The notes: generated by a model from the letters alone, not told the origin. A DNA stretch of 64,000 bases from an uncultured delta proteobacterium (GCA_963713045.1 CAVQKE010000003.1:96001-160000), one strand, 5' to 3'; positions 9,774-19,746 are shown, numbered from the stretch's first letter. A program made the numbers and translations.

Positions 9774-11714
9774 ATGAGCAAGAAACTCGGCGAGCGGCTG
9801 GTGGAGGCAGGGCTTATTTCCGCGGCCGCGGTGGACCAGGCGCTGGAGCAACAGCGTCTGACGGGACACCGCCTCGGCGACTGCCTCGTGGAAATGGGCT
9901 TTCTGCCCGAGGCCACGCTGCTTCGTTTCCTCGCCTCCGAATTTAAGACGCGCTACGTCTCCGCCGAGAAGCTGTCGCGAGCGCAAATCCCCACCGAGCT
10001 GTTGGACCGCGTGCCGGTCCGGATGGCCGAGGCCAGCCTCTTCCTCCCGCTGGCCGTGGACAATGAGCGGCGCATCCTCTCCATCGTCGCCGCCGAGCCG
10101 CAGAACGAGGACTTGCTGCGCGAGATTGCCTTGGTGGCCGAGGTGGATGAAGTCTTCGCCTATGTCGGGCTGCGCAGCGTCATCTACGCCGGCATCCAGA
10201 AGCACTACTACGGCGACACCACCGCCTTTCAACAGCTGGCCACGGGAGCTCTCCGGGCGCCGGTGGCGGCACGCACCGACTTGGCGAGCATCGCCCAGGC
10301 CTACGAGGCCAGCGGCAGCAACCGGACGGCTCCTCCGCCGGTCCGGCTGAGGCTTCGAGGAGAGAGCAGCCAGGCCAAGCTGCCCCACACCGCGGTGCGC
10401 GGAAGACGGGAGTCGGCGAGTGCCCTCGTCTCCTCGCGGGGCGCGGTGGGCGAGAATGATTACCTGGAGACGCTGCGGATTTTGGTCGACCAACTGGAGA
10501 AGGACCGCGGCGACTTGCGCGGGCACTCCGCGCAGCTGGCGCGGCAGTGCGCCCTGGTCGCGCTGCGGATGGCACTCCCCGCCCGGGAGGTGGCCTGCGT
10601 CGCGCTGGCCGCCTTTGTCCATGACATCGGAAAGGGCGCCATCCACCTCACTCTGGCCGGCACTTCCCGCAACCCAGAGTGGAAGGCCCAAGCCAAGCAG
10701 CTGGTGCGTGCACCGCTGCAGCTTTTCGAGTCGGTGCACCTGCCGGCACAAGCCAACGCGGCATTGGCTCAAATGTACGAGGCGTTCGATGGCTCGGGCG
10801 TTCCCCAGGGGGTACGGGGGGAGGACATTTCGGTTGCCGCTCGCATTCTGGCCGCCGTCGACGGCTACCTCGACCTCACCCGGAATTCAGCCAACACCCA
10901 CGGGCGACGCTTCACCCGTGACCAAGCCCTGAACCACCTCGCCGAGCAGGCCGGCGTCCTGTACGACCCGCGGGTGGTGCAGACGCTGGAGCAGCTGCTG
11001 TCCGGAGAGCTGCTGCGGCGCCGACTGGAAGCCGATGGTCGGATGGTGCTGCTGGCTGAACCGGACACCGCAACCCGGGATGTGCTGGTCCAGGCCCTGG
11101 AACAGCGAGGGATGGTGGTGCAGGCCTGCAGCGCGCTCGAGACGGTGGCCGACGCCGCGCTCGGCGGGGAGGGCGACGTGTGGATTCTCAGCGCCAGCTT
11201 CGGAGGCCCCGACTTGCTCGACCTGGTGGGCCAGGTGCGGGCGCAGCCGGCCCTGGCCGGACTTCCAGTCGTCATCACCGGTGAGCCGGAGGCCACCCTG
11301 CGCGAGCGACTCCTCCAGGCCGGCACGACGGTGGTGGTGCCGGCCGAGAGCGCCAGCGAGGTGGCTTTCCGCGTGTCGGAACTCTTCCAGGACCGCGTCA
11401 GCCACGGTGGCCCGGCGCACTCGGTGTGGGGCACCTTCGAGGAGCTCGAGACGCGCCAGGTGCTGCGCGTCCTCGGCGACGGGCGCAAGAGCGGCCGTCT
11501 TACGCTGCGTGACGAGCAATCCGAGGGCTACGTGCACCTTGAGCGCGGCCGCGTCACTTACGCCGCACTCGACGAGAGGCGCGGTGAGGACGCACTGGGT
11601 GCGCTTCTCAAGGCGCGCGCCGCCGAATTCAACTATGAGCCGGACGCCCTGCTGCTGGAAGTCCCTCAGTTGGACACGGATGTGGAGCTGGTGCTGAGGG
11701 CCCTCGAGGCCTGA
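9774..11714 (+). CDS. Multidomain signalling protein: MshEN/GSPII_N + degenerate HD-GYP + receiver-like + DUF4388
   Basis: KLGERLVEAGLI...ALEQQ...RLGDCLVEMG; HDIGK...DGSGVPQG; C-terminal GRKSGRLTL...GYVHLERGRV. Confidence 0.8.
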   Translation: MSKKLGERLVEAGLISAAAVDQALEQQRLTGHRLGDCLVEMGFLPEATLLRFLASEFKTRYVSAEKLSRAQIPTELLDRVPVRMAEASLFLPLAVDNERRILSIVAAEPQNEDLLREIALVAEVDEVFAYVGLRSVIYAGIQKHYYGDTTAFQQLATGALRAPVAARTDLASIAQAYEASGSNRTAPPPVRLRLRGESSQAKLPHTAVRGRRESASALVSSRGAVGENDYLETLRILVDQLEKDRGDLRGHSAQLARQCALVALRMALPAREVACVALAAFVHDIGKGAIHLTLAGTSRNPEWKAQAKQLVRAPLQLFESVHLPAQANAALAQMYEAFDGSGVPQGVRGEDISVAARILAAVDGYLDLTRNSANTHGRRFTRDQALNHLAEQAGVLYDPRVVQTLEQLLSGELLRRRLEADGRMVLLAEPDTATRDVLVQALEQRGMVVQACSALETVADAALGGEGDVWILSASFGGPDLLDLVGQVRAQPALAGLPVVITGEPEATLRERLLQAGTTVVVPAESASEVAFRVSELFQDRVSHGGPAHSVWGTFEELETRQVLRVLGDGRKSGRLTLRDEQSEGYVHLERGRVTYAALDERRGEDALGALLKARAAEFNYEPDALLLEVPQLDTDVELVLRALEA

Positions 11715-11735
11715 GCCGCCTTCCGCGGCCCTCGT

Positions 11736-12512
11736 CTAGCGCAGGACGAAGCCAAACAGCCGGGCCGCGTTGGCACTGGTGGCCTCGGCCAGCCTGTCCA
11801 CGGGCAGCCCCTTCAACTCGGCCACGCGCTGGGCCGTCTGTACGACGAAGGCGGGCTCGTTTTTCTTTCCGCGGTACGGGACGGGAGCCAGGTAGGGGCT
11901 GTCGGTCTCCACCATCAGCCGCTCCACCGGCGCAAAGCGCACCGCCTCGGCCAGGGCCTCCGTCTTCTTGTAGGTGACGACGCCGGACAGCGAGAGGTGG
12001 AAGCCCAAGTCCAGGTACTGGCGGGCTGCAGCGACGTCGCCGGTGAAGCAGTGGATGACGCCCTGAGAAACGCCCTCCGCGGCGAGGATGGCCAGGCACT
12101 CCGGGTGTGCGTCGCGGACGTGCACCACCAGGGGCTTGCCCAGCGCCTTGGCCAGCGCGGCTTGAAGGCCGAAGACGCGGGCCTGTGTCGGCCGGGGGGA
12201 GCGGTCGTAGTAGTAGTCCAGTCCGGCCTCCCCCACCGCGGCCACGTCGGCACGGGCCGCGAGCTGGGCCAGCTCATCCAAGTCCTCGGGCCTTGCCCGA
12301 GCCGCTTCGTGGGGGTGAATCCCCAGTGTGGCCACCAGCTGGCTGGGACGGGCCGCGGCCACGGCGCGGGCCTGGCCCCAGTCCCCGGGTCCGTGGAATT
12401 GCCCAATGACGACAGCCTGGACGACGCCGGCAGCCGCCGCGCGGGCCAGCACCGCGTCCACGTCCGCAAAGTCCGCCGCCTCGAGGTGGCAGTGGGAGTC
12501 CACCAGTTTCAA
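11736..12512 (-). CDS. tatD: TatD family hydrolase/DNase
   Basis: DSHCH, GIHPH, GEAGLDY, HCFTG, ETDSPYLAP motifs. Confidence 0.95.
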   Translation of the reverse strand: MKLVDSHCHLEAADFADVDAVLARAAAAGVVQAVVIGQFHGPGDWGQARAVAAARPSQLVATLGIHPHEAARARPEDLDELAQLAARADVAAVGEAGLDYYYDRSPRPTQARVFGLQAALAKALGKPLVVHVRDAHPECLAILAAEGVSQGVIHCFTGDVAAARQYLDLGFHLSLSGVVTYKKTEALAEAVRFAPVERLMVETDSPYLAPVPYRGKKNEPAFVVQTAQRVAELKGLPVDRLAEATSANAARLFGFVLR

Positions 12513-13480
12513 GAGAGTTCCTCGAGGAGGAGGCGCAGCTCCTCCCGCCCCTCCCTGCTGTGCATCGAAGGGAGAGCCCGCGCGAGCGCGTCCCGCGCCT
12601 CCGTCCCAAGAAGAAAGACCAGGCCCTCAGCGACGTCCAGGCGCGTCTCTTCGGCAACCGAGGGGTCCACCAGCAGTTGCTTCAGCACCGCCTCGGCGCG
12701 TGCCGAGCCGAGCCGTCCGAGGGCCCGGGCGGCGGCGCCCCGGGCTTTGTCCGCCGCGTCAGCGAGGATGGCGAGCAGCGGCCCTTCGGCTTCTTGCAAC
12801 GCCGCCTCGCCGCACAGCTCTGCCGCCAGCGGCCGGTCCAATGCGCCGCGCCGGCGCAGGCGGGACAAGAGGTAGTGGCGCCCTTCGCTATCGCCGAAGA
12901 GGGCCAGCGCGCCGGCGGCCTGGGTACGTTCAAAGGCGTTGAGGAACCAGCGGGTGAAGAGGCGGCGCAACGGTACCAGCGCGCGGCTGTCGCCCAACTC
13001 GGCCAGGGCCCCGATGGCCCGGAAGCGTAAGGCTGGGCTGTCCAGCCCTTCGGCCAGGACGTCGAGGCCGGCCGGATGGCGGATGGCGGCCAGGCCGCGT
13101 GCCGCCTCGAAGCGGACGAGAAAGGCCGCATCCTCCAAGGCCGCGGCGAGCAGGGGCCGCAGCCCGGCACTGGCCACGTCAGCCAGTTGCCCAACCGCTT
13201 CGAGGCGCACCGAGGGCGAACTGTCGCGAAGGGCCGGCGCCAGCAAAGCGGCGAGCCCGTCCGGGGGCCCCGGCTGTAGCGCCAGCAGCGCCACCCCGGC
13301 GCGACGCACTTCTGCGTCCGCGTCTAAGAGGAGCGTCCGCGCCGTGGGGGCCCAGTCCGCCGGCGCCTCGCTGGCGCGGGCCACCTGCACCAGCCGGGCG
13401 GCAGCCTCTCGACGCACCGAGGGCGGCCCGGGTTGGGCCAGCGCCCGCAGCGCACCGTCTGCCGAGCCGGCGGTGCTCAT
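12509..13480 (-). CDS. HEAT-repeat protein
   Basis: Repeated D...VRxxAxxxL helical units; 4-nt overlaps with metG and tatD. Confidence 0.8.
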   Translation of the reverse strand: MSTAGSADGALRALAQPGPPSVRREAAARLVQVARASEAPADWAPTARTLLLDADAEVRRAGVALLALQPGPPDGLAALLAPALRDSSPSVRLEAVGQLADVASAGLRPLLAAALEDAAFLVRFEAARGLAAIRHPAGLDVLAEGLDSPALRFRAIGALAELGDSRALVPLRRLFTRWFLNAFERTQAAGALALFGDSEGRHYLLSRLRRRGALDRPLAAELCGEAALQEAEGPLLAILADAADKARGAAARALGRLGSARAEAVLKQLLVDPSVAEETRLDVAEGLVFLLGTEARDALARALPSMHSREGREELRLLLEELS

Positions 13481-15516
13481 CGCACCTCGCTTCCGGGAGG
13501 CAAGTCACCGGGGTCCACCAGCCGCAGCCCGGCGCCCCCTGGGCCACCGGCCAGCAGCATGCCCTGGGAGAGGATGCCGCGGATGGTGCGCGGGGCGAGG
13601 TTGGCCACCACCACCACCCGGCGCCCCACCACCGCCTCCGGCGCATAGGCCTCAGCAATGCCCGCGGCAATGGTGCGGGGCACGGCCTCCCCGATGTCCA
13701 CCGTCAATTTCAGCAGTTTGTCCGCTTTGGGGACGCGCTCGGCAGCACGCACCACGCCCACCCGAAGCGCCACCCGGGCGAAGTCTTCGGCGGAGAGGGT
13801 GCCCGCGACGGGCTGGTGCGTGGGCGGGGCCCCGGTTGCCGCGGACGGGGCCGGGGCGCTGGACTCGGGCACAACCAGGGCCTTCACCTGGGCTTCCTCC
13901 ATCCTCGGCAGCAGCGGCGCGGGCGTCCCAATGGGCACCCCGCGGTTCAGCAGTGGGTAGCTGGACCGTTCAAGCCGGGCGAAAGTCAGAGGCTCGGCCT
14001 GCAGCTGCTGAAACAGTTGGCTGGCCACCTTCGGGACGACTGGCTGCAGAAGGCCGGCCACCAAGTACGCCACTTCGGCCGCGTCGGACAGGTCCCGGCG
14101 GGCCATCTCCGGCTCGCTCTTCACCTTTCCCCAGGGGGCGCGGCTTTGCAGAAACTGGTTGGCACTCTGCGAGATTTCGGCTGCTCCGCGGACGGCCGTC
14201 CGAAAGTCGTACCTCTCGTACGCGGCCCGCACTTCGCCCGCCTTTCGAAGCGCGTCCTCCACCAGCGTCTGGCCAGGACCAGGCCCCGCGGGCGCAAGCC
14301 GATGGCCCAACGGGCCGGCCAGCAGCGACAGCACCCGGTTGGCGAGGTTGCAGAAGTTGTTCACCAGCTCTGCGTTGACGCGCTGGCGGAACTCCGTGAG
14401 GGACAAGTCAAAGTCCTCCGGGTTCGGCCCCAGGTTGCTGGCGAAGAAGTACCGGAGGTAGGCCGGGTCGAGGAGGTCCAGGTAGGTGCGCGCGGTGATG
14501 AAGGTGCCCCGCGTTTTGGACATCTTGGTCCCGTCGACGGTGAGGTGGCCGTGCACCACCAAGCGGCTGGGTACCTTGAGATGCGCCACCTTCAGCACCG
14601 CCGGCCAGAAGAGGGCGTGGAAGTAGACAATGTCCTTGCCGATGACGTGGATGATGTCGGCGTCGGCATCCTCCGCCCAGTAGGCGAGTGCATTCGCGGC
14701 GCGTCCTGAGTCCTTGGCCCACTTCTCGGTGGTGGCGATGTAGCCGATGGGAGCGTCCAGCCAGACGTAGAAGAATTTGTTCGTCTCTCCCGGGATGGGG
14801 AAGCCGAAGTAGGGTCCTTCGCGGCTGATGTCCCAGTCGTTGAGTCCTTGGTCGAAGAAGGCCTGCAGCTGGTTGGCCACCGCCGGGTGAAGAAAAGAAG
14901 GGTTGCGGATGAGCTGCTGCAGCCAGGCCTGCTGGGTGGAGAGCCGGAAGAAGAGGTGCTCCGAGCCGCGGCGCACGGGCGGCGTGCCACACAGCGCGCA
15001 GTGCGGGTCGAGCAAGTCGGCCGGGGTATACGTCTTGCCGCACACCTCGCACACGTCGCCGTACTGGTCAGGGCTGAAACAGTTGGGGCAAGTGCCGCGA
15101 ACGAAGCGGTCCGGGAGGAAGCGGCGGTCCACCTCGCAGTACGTCTGCTCCACCGAGCGCCGGGCAATGTCCCCGGCGTCCTTCAGCCGACCGTAGATGA
15201 GGTCGGCGTAGGCCCGATTCTCGGGCGAATGGGTGGTGTAGAAGGCGTCGAGGGCGATGTCCAAGTCGGCGAAGTCCCGACGGTGCTGTTCCCAGAAGGT
15301 GGCGACGTATTCCTCGGGAGGAATGCCTTCGCGAGCGGCGCTCAACTCGATGGGCGTGCCGTGGGTGTCATCGGCGCAGACGTACAGCACCTCGCGCCCG
15401 GTGGACCTCAGGAAACGGACGAGGATGTCGGTCTGGACGTACTCCACCACGTGGCCGAGGTGCAGCGGGCCATTGGCGTACGGCAGGGCGCTGGTGACGA
15501 GGGTTTTTCTAGGCAT
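13477..15516 (-). CDS. metG: Methionine--tRNA ligase
   Basis: TSALPYANGPLHLGH, zinc-knuckle Cys pairs, YVWLDA, KMSKT, C-terminal OB tRNA-binding domain. Confidence 0.97.
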   Translation of the reverse strand: MPRKTLVTSALPYANGPLHLGHVVEYVQTDILVRFLRSTGREVLYVCADDTHGTPIELSAAREGIPPEEYVATFWEQHRRDFADLDIALDAFYTTHSPENRAYADLIYGRLKDAGDIARRSVEQTYCEVDRRFLPDRFVRGTCPNCFSPDQYGDVCEVCGKTYTPADLLDPHCALCGTPPVRRGSEHLFFRLSTQQAWLQQLIRNPSFLHPAVANQLQAFFDQGLNDWDISREGPYFGFPIPGETNKFFYVWLDAPIGYIATTEKWAKDSGRAANALAYWAEDADADIIHVIGKDIVYFHALFWPAVLKVAHLKVPSRLVVHGHLTVDGTKMSKTRGTFITARTYLDLLDPAYLRYFFASNLGPNPEDFDLSLTEFRQRVNAELVNNFCNLANRVLSLLAGPLGHRLAPAGPGPGQTLVEDALRKAGEVRAAYERYDFRTAVRGAAEISQSANQFLQSRAPWGKVKSEPEMARRDLSDAAEVAYLVAGLLQPVVPKVASQLFQQLQAEPLTFARLERSSYPLLNRGVPIGTPAPLLPRMEEAQVKALVVPESSAPAPSAATGAPPTHQPVAGTLSAEDFARVALRVGVVRAAERVPKADKLLKLTVDIGEAVPRTIAAGIAEAYAPEAVVGRRVVVVANLAPRTIRGILSQGMLLAGGPGGAGLRLVDPGDLPPGSEVR

Positions 15517-15564
15517 TGCGCAGCGAGCCGCACCCTGGGTTGACCCGGGTGAGGGTCGCGCACT

Positions 15565-16053
15565 CTAGCGGCCGTCCTTCTCCCGTGCCATCTCCCGCAT
15601 TTGCTGGGGCAGTCGTGCCATGGCCAGGGCCAGCCGAGCCTTTTGTTGCGGCGGCAGCCCGGCGGACAGCTCGGCAAAGAGGTCTCGGTCCAGTTGCTCG
15701 AGTTGAGCGCGCAGGGCGAGCACCTTCTGGATGGCGCCGTCCACCTGGGCGAAGGCAGTGGTGTCCCCCTTGGCCGCGCGGCGCAGCACCACCGTTTGCT
15801 CCATCAGCTCGCGGTGGATGGGGGCGCGTTTCTCTTCAAAGTGGCTGAGCCGAGTGCGTAGCTTCAACGTGGCCGCATCATCGAGTTCCAGCGCGTCGGC
15901 GATGGCCAGCGTCCGCATCAGCTGGGCGCGCTTCTGCCACTGCTCGGCGGCCGGACCCGGGCCCTGGCCCGGGGGCGGAGGGGGAGGACCGCCCTGGGCC
16001 CAGAGTCTGCCCGCCGCGAGCAGCGCCACCAGCACCGTGCCTGTCTTCCTCAT
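15565..16053 (-). CDS. Periplasmic helical Spy/CpxP/ZraP-like protein
   Basis: Signal peptide, Pro/Gly linker, helical hairpin, LPPQQ (LTxxQ-like) motif; follows the anti-sigma gene. Confidence 0.65.
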   Translation of the reverse strand: MRKTGTVLVALLAAGRLWAQGGPPPPPPGQGPGPAAEQWQKRAQLMRTLAIADALELDDAATLKLRTRLSHFEEKRAPIHRELMEQTVVLRRAAKGDTTAFAQVDGAIQKVLALRAQLEQLDRDLFAELSAGLPPQQKARLALAMARLPQQMREMAREKDGR

Positions 16054-16583
16054 CCACTGTCTCCCAGGGCAAAGGCGCCGTCCCCCTCGAGTGCGAGCCC
16101 GTCCAGCAGCGGCGTGTCGTCGGCCGCGATGTCACTGTCGGTGGCCGCGGACTCTTCCAACTCCCAGCCAGTGGCCTCACTGCTGCCGGCAAGCGGCAGC
16201 CGCTGCGTGCTGGCCACGGTGGCCAGCGCAGTGACCGGCGAACGTGGGGCATGCCACAGCCAAAGGGGCAGCGCGGCCACCGCGAGAAGCCCGGCTGCGA
16301 CCAGCAGCCCTCGGGCACCTCGCCGCCGCGCTTGTTGACGTCGCCACGCGGCGAGGGTGCGCTCCGCCAGGCCGCGCAGCGCCGCCTCCTCTTTGAGGGT
16401 GGGGGGCGGAAGCGCGAGCAGCGAGAAGAGGGCCTGGTAGTCCTCGAACGCGGCCCGGCACTGCGCGCAGTGCGCGAGATGGCCCTCCAGCGTCGCCGCC
16501 TCCGCTGCTTCCAGCGGGCCGCTGGCTCGCTCCGCCAGCAGGGCGCTCACCTCGGCGCAGGTGGCAACGTCCTTGGGATTCAT
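16050..16583 (-). CDS. Zinc-binding anti-sigma factor (zf-HC2) with TM helix
   Basis: C...HLAHCAQC ZAS motif and one TM segment; overlaps the sigma gene stop. Confidence 0.85.
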   Translation of the reverse strand: MNPKDVATCAEVSALLAERASGPLEAAEAATLEGHLAHCAQCRAAFEDYQALFSLLALPPPTLKEEAALRGLAERTLAAWRRQQARRRGARGLLVAAGLLAVAALPLWLWHAPRSPVTALATVASTQRLPLAGSSEATGWELEESAATDSDIAADDTPLLDGLALEGDGAFALGDSG

Positions 16584-17242
16584 TCGTCGCCTCCTTCCAA
16601 GGCCGCCTTCAGACGCTTCACGGCGTGGTGAAAGTGCACCTTGGCGTTGTTTTCTGTCATCCGCAGGGCCTGGGCGACTTCCCGGAAGGGCAGGCCGCCG
16701 TCGACGCGCAACGTCACCACTTCCCGCTGCCTGGCGGAGAGGCAAGCCATGGCGGTGCGCAGCTGGCGCCGCTGTTGGGCCCTCTCCAGCATGGCCGTCG
16801 CGTCCGGCCCTGTGGAAGGCACGTCCGTCAGCACCGCGGCGTCCTCCAGGCGCCAACGCCCGGCATCGCGGGCGTGGTTTTTTCCGACATTCACGGCAAT
16901 GCGGACCAGCCAGGCGCGGAACAGTCCAGGTTGCTCGGCATTTACCCGCGCCAGCGAGCGACGGGCGGCGGCAAACGCCCGAAGAAAGGCGCCCTGGGCC
17001 AAATCGGCGGTGTCTTCCGGCCGGGATGCGTAGCGGCGGACCAGCGCCTGCACCAGTCGCTGGTGTCGTCGCACCAGCTCGCCGAAGGCATGCGTTTCCC
17101 CGCGGAGGAAGGCGCGAAGCAAGGCTTCATCCGAGGCAGTGCCGCCTCCGGAAAGGACCTTCCATGTCCGCTCGGGCCGCCGCTTTCCTCCAGCAGCATC
17201 GCCACCTTCTGTCATGTGCATCGCCAGCATGCCGGATTCCAT
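16580..17242 (-). CDS. ECF RNA polymerase sigma factor (start uncertain)
   Basis: DEALL...AFGELVRRH, FRAWLVRIAVN (region 2), LSARQREVVTLR...EVAQAL (region 4). Confidence 0.9.
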   Translation of the reverse strand: MESGMLAMHMTEGGDAAGGKRRPERTWKVLSGGGTASDEALLRAFLRGETHAFGELVRRHQRLVQALVRRYASRPEDTADLAQGAFLRAFAAARRSLARVNAEQPGLFRAWLVRIAVNVGKNHARDAGRWRLEDAAVLTDVPSTGPDATAMLERAQQRRQLRTAMACLSARQREVVTLRVDGGLPFREVAQALRMTENNAKVHFHHAVKRLKAALEGGDE

Positions 17243-17270
17243 CGTAGAAAACCCCCCGGCCTCCAGGCGG

Positions 17271-18623
17271 TTAAGACACGGCCGGGCGTTGGGGGACAGA
17301 CGGGCCCCGCCCGGCAGGTGGGCACAGCGTCCACAGCAGCCGCTCCAGCACCAGCTTGCCGGCCCCCGAGGACTTGAGGGCGAGGTCCGCCTCGGCGCAG
17401 GCCAGCAGTGAGGCCCGCAGCTGGGCGCGTCCGTAGCGCGCACCGGCCACGGCGGCCAGGAAGGCCGCGTAGGGGTGAGGCACCCGCGCGCCGGCCGCCT
17501 TGGCTTCGCGCTCGACGGCCGGGAAGAGGCGCGCCTTGAAGTCATCGAAGCTTCGGGGCGGCCTGCCCGCAGAAAGATGCACCGTGCGCTCGTTCGCCTC
17601 CAACAGGCCTCGCACCACGGAGGCAATGGCCCCCAGCAGCAGCAGCGGCGGCGCGCCGCCGGCCAGCGCCTCTTCGACGTAGGCCAGCGCAGCGGGCAAG
17701 TCGCGCTTCTGCAGCGCGTCGGCCAGTTCTAGAAACTCCTCATCGCGGCTGTGGGCGACCAGCAGCTCCACTTCGGCCCGGGAAATCAGGGCGCCGGGGG
17801 CATGCAGGGCCAGCTTCTCCAACTCAGACTGCAGAAGGCGCATGTTGCCGCCGACGCGCTCTCGCAGCAGCTCCTCGGCGCCCGGCCCAAGCCGCTTCTG
17901 GAAGGGGCGGAGGAAGTCGCCTGCCAGCCGGGAGAGGTCCAGGTCCTTCAGGCGGTTTGCAAGCTTCCTCTCCACCAGGGCGCCACCTTCCCGGGCCAGG
18001 CGCAGCAGCGGGCTCTTCGCCTCGACGTCCGTGGCCACCACCACCAAGGCATGTCCCTTGGGAAGGCCTCGCTCGAGCAGCGTCCAGAGGGCCGAGGCGT
18101 CCGACTCGGGTGCAGTCAGCTTTTCCTCGCGAACGAAGGCGGCCACCTCGCGGAGGAAGTCGAGGTCGTTGTCCGCCAGGGTGACGGAGAGGTCCTCCCT
18201 CCAGGCCTCAGCCGTCGGGGCGCCGGGTTGTCCGGGCTCGAGGGCCTCCGGCCCCCAGCCGGCGCGGGCGACCAGCGCGAGGAGCCGGCGCCCGGCTTCC
18301 TTCCGCCGCCCCGCCTTCCAAGCCTCGCGTGCCTTGGCCAGGGCGTCCGCCCGGCCCTTTTTGGGCGCGAGGAATTCCGGGTCGCGGAGGAGCACCACCT
18401 TGTTGCCAGAAAGCAAGGGCAAGGTGGCCAACTCCGTCGCCACCTCGCGGGGGGAAGCGCCGTCCAGGACGGCCAGGTTGAGGGCGGCCAGGGGACCGGG
18501 CACCAGCGCCTCCACCAGGGCGTCCGCCTCCCGGCGGACGAGGTACTCCTCTCCCCAGAGGAGGTACAGCGGGCGGACGGTGCCGTTGCGAATCTCGTCC
18601 AGCAGCGAGGAAGCGTCCGTCAA
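17271..18623 (-). CDS. holA: DNA polymerase III subunit delta with ~100 aa insertion
   Basis: PLYLLWGEEYL, ELATLPLL, ELEKLAL, EADLALKS motifs; adjacent to holB. Confidence 0.85.
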   Translation of the reverse strand: MTDASSLLDEIRNGTVRPLYLLWGEEYLVRREADALVEALVPGPLAALNLAVLDGASPREVATELATLPLLSGNKVVLLRDPEFLAPKKGRADALAKAREAWKAGRRKEAGRRLLALVARAGWGPEALEPGQPGAPTAEAWREDLSVTLADNDLDFLREVAAFVREEKLTAPESDASALWTLLERGLPKGHALVVVATDVEAKSPLLRLAREGGALVERKLANRLKDLDLSRLAGDFLRPFQKRLGPGAEELLRERVGGNMRLLQSELEKLALHAPGALISRAEVELLVAHSRDEEFLELADALQKRDLPAALAYVEEALAGGAPPLLLLGAIASVVRGLLEANERTVHLSAGRPPRSFDDFKARLFPAVEREAKAAGARVPHPYAAFLAAVAGARYGRAQLRASLLACAEADLALKSSGAGKLVLERLLWTLCPPAGRGPSVPQRPAVS

Positions 18624-19654
18624 GGGGGCTCGCCTTCTGACATGGCCAAGGCCAGCCGCTCCAGCTGCAACCTCGGGCTGGCATTGCGCTTCTGGATGGC
18701 CACCAGCGCCTCGTCCAACAGGCGGAACCGCAGGTGCAGCCGGTCCTCATCCAAGCGTGCGGCCGCTGCCGTGGCCAAGCTGCGCAGCTCGGGGTGGAAG
18801 AGGTGTGCTTCGGCAAACGGCGCCACCGCCACGTCGCGCACCCACATCACCAGCACCCCCAGTGCCTCCTCCGCCTCCTCTCGGGACGTTCCAGCCACCT
18901 CGGCAAAGCGCAGCGCGGTGCGGAAGTCTCTGGCGGTCACCGCCTCGAAGGCGCGAATGGTGGCCCGGCGCCGCTCCAGTTGCTGTGGGTCCAGGGCCAG
19001 CGCCCGCTCCAGGCTGCCGGCGGCCAGGGCTGCCACCGCCTCGGCCTGGGCCTCGTCCAGTCCCCGGGCCTGCCGCAGGTGGGCTGCCACCAGGGCCTGG
19101 CTGAGGGGGGCGAAGGGGTAGCGCACGCAGCGGCTGCGCAGCGTGGGCAGCAAGCGGTCCGGGGCAGACGTCACCAGCACCAGGGTGGTGTTGCTGGGCG
19201 GCTCCTCCAGCGTCTTGAGAAAGGCATTCTGGGCGGATGGGTTTAACGCCTCGGCCGACGGCACCAGCACCACCTTGCGCGGCGATTCGAGTCCTCGCAG
19301 CGCCAGCCTTTGCTGAAGCTGTCGCACCTGCTCCACCCGGACGTCGCGTGAAGGCACGTGCGTGAAGTCACTGCGGCCGGCCAGCCGGCGTCGCACCTGC
19401 TCCTCTTCGGGCAGCAGCAGCAGGACGTCGGGGTGGGCGAAGCGCTGCACCCGCTGGCACACCGAGCAGGTCCCGCAGCCCTCCAGTGGCGCCTGTGGGC
19501 ACAGCAGGGCCTGGGCCAGCCCGACTGCGGTCAGCTCCTTGCCCACCCCGGCCGGCCCGGTGAAGAGGCAGGCGTGGGCGAGTGCACCTTGCCTCAGGGC
19601 GCTGCGCAGCGCCTCCACTGCCCGAGCCTGTCCCTGCACCGCCGCCAGCGTCAT
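18620..19654 (-). CDS. holB: DNA polymerase III subunit delta'
   Basis: GPAGVGK, C...CGTCSVC zinc site, HPD, NAFLKTLEEP, LPTLRSRC. Confidence 0.95.
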   Translation of the reverse strand: MTLAAVQGQARAVEALRSALRQGALAHACLFTGPAGVGKELTAVGLAQALLCPQAPLEGCGTCSVCQRVQRFAHPDVLLLLPEEEQVRRRLAGRSDFTHVPSRDVRVEQVRQLQQRLALRGLESPRKVVLVPSAEALNPSAQNAFLKTLEEPPSNTTLVLVTSAPDRLLPTLRSRCVRYPFAPLSQALVAAHLRQARGLDEAQAEAVAALAAGSLERALALDPQQLERRRATIRAFEAVTARDFRTALRFAEVAGTSREEAEEALGVLVMWVRDVAVAPFAEAHLFHPELRSLATAAAARLDEDRLHLRFRLLDEALVAIQKRNASPRLQLERLALAMSEGEPP

Positions 19655-19686
19655 TGCCGACTGTTGTCATGCGGCCCGAGTGCCCG

Positions 19687-19709
19687 TACGTCAAGCATCG
19701 CTTGACGTA
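19687..19709. promoter_or_regulatory. Perfect 10-bp inverted repeat in the holB/mscS divergent promoter
   Basis: TACGTCAAGC-ATC-GCTTGACGTA; contains TTGACG on both strands. Confidence 0.5.
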
Positions 19710-19746
19710 GCACGACGGTGCGCCTGATTCTGCCAAGCGCCCACCC

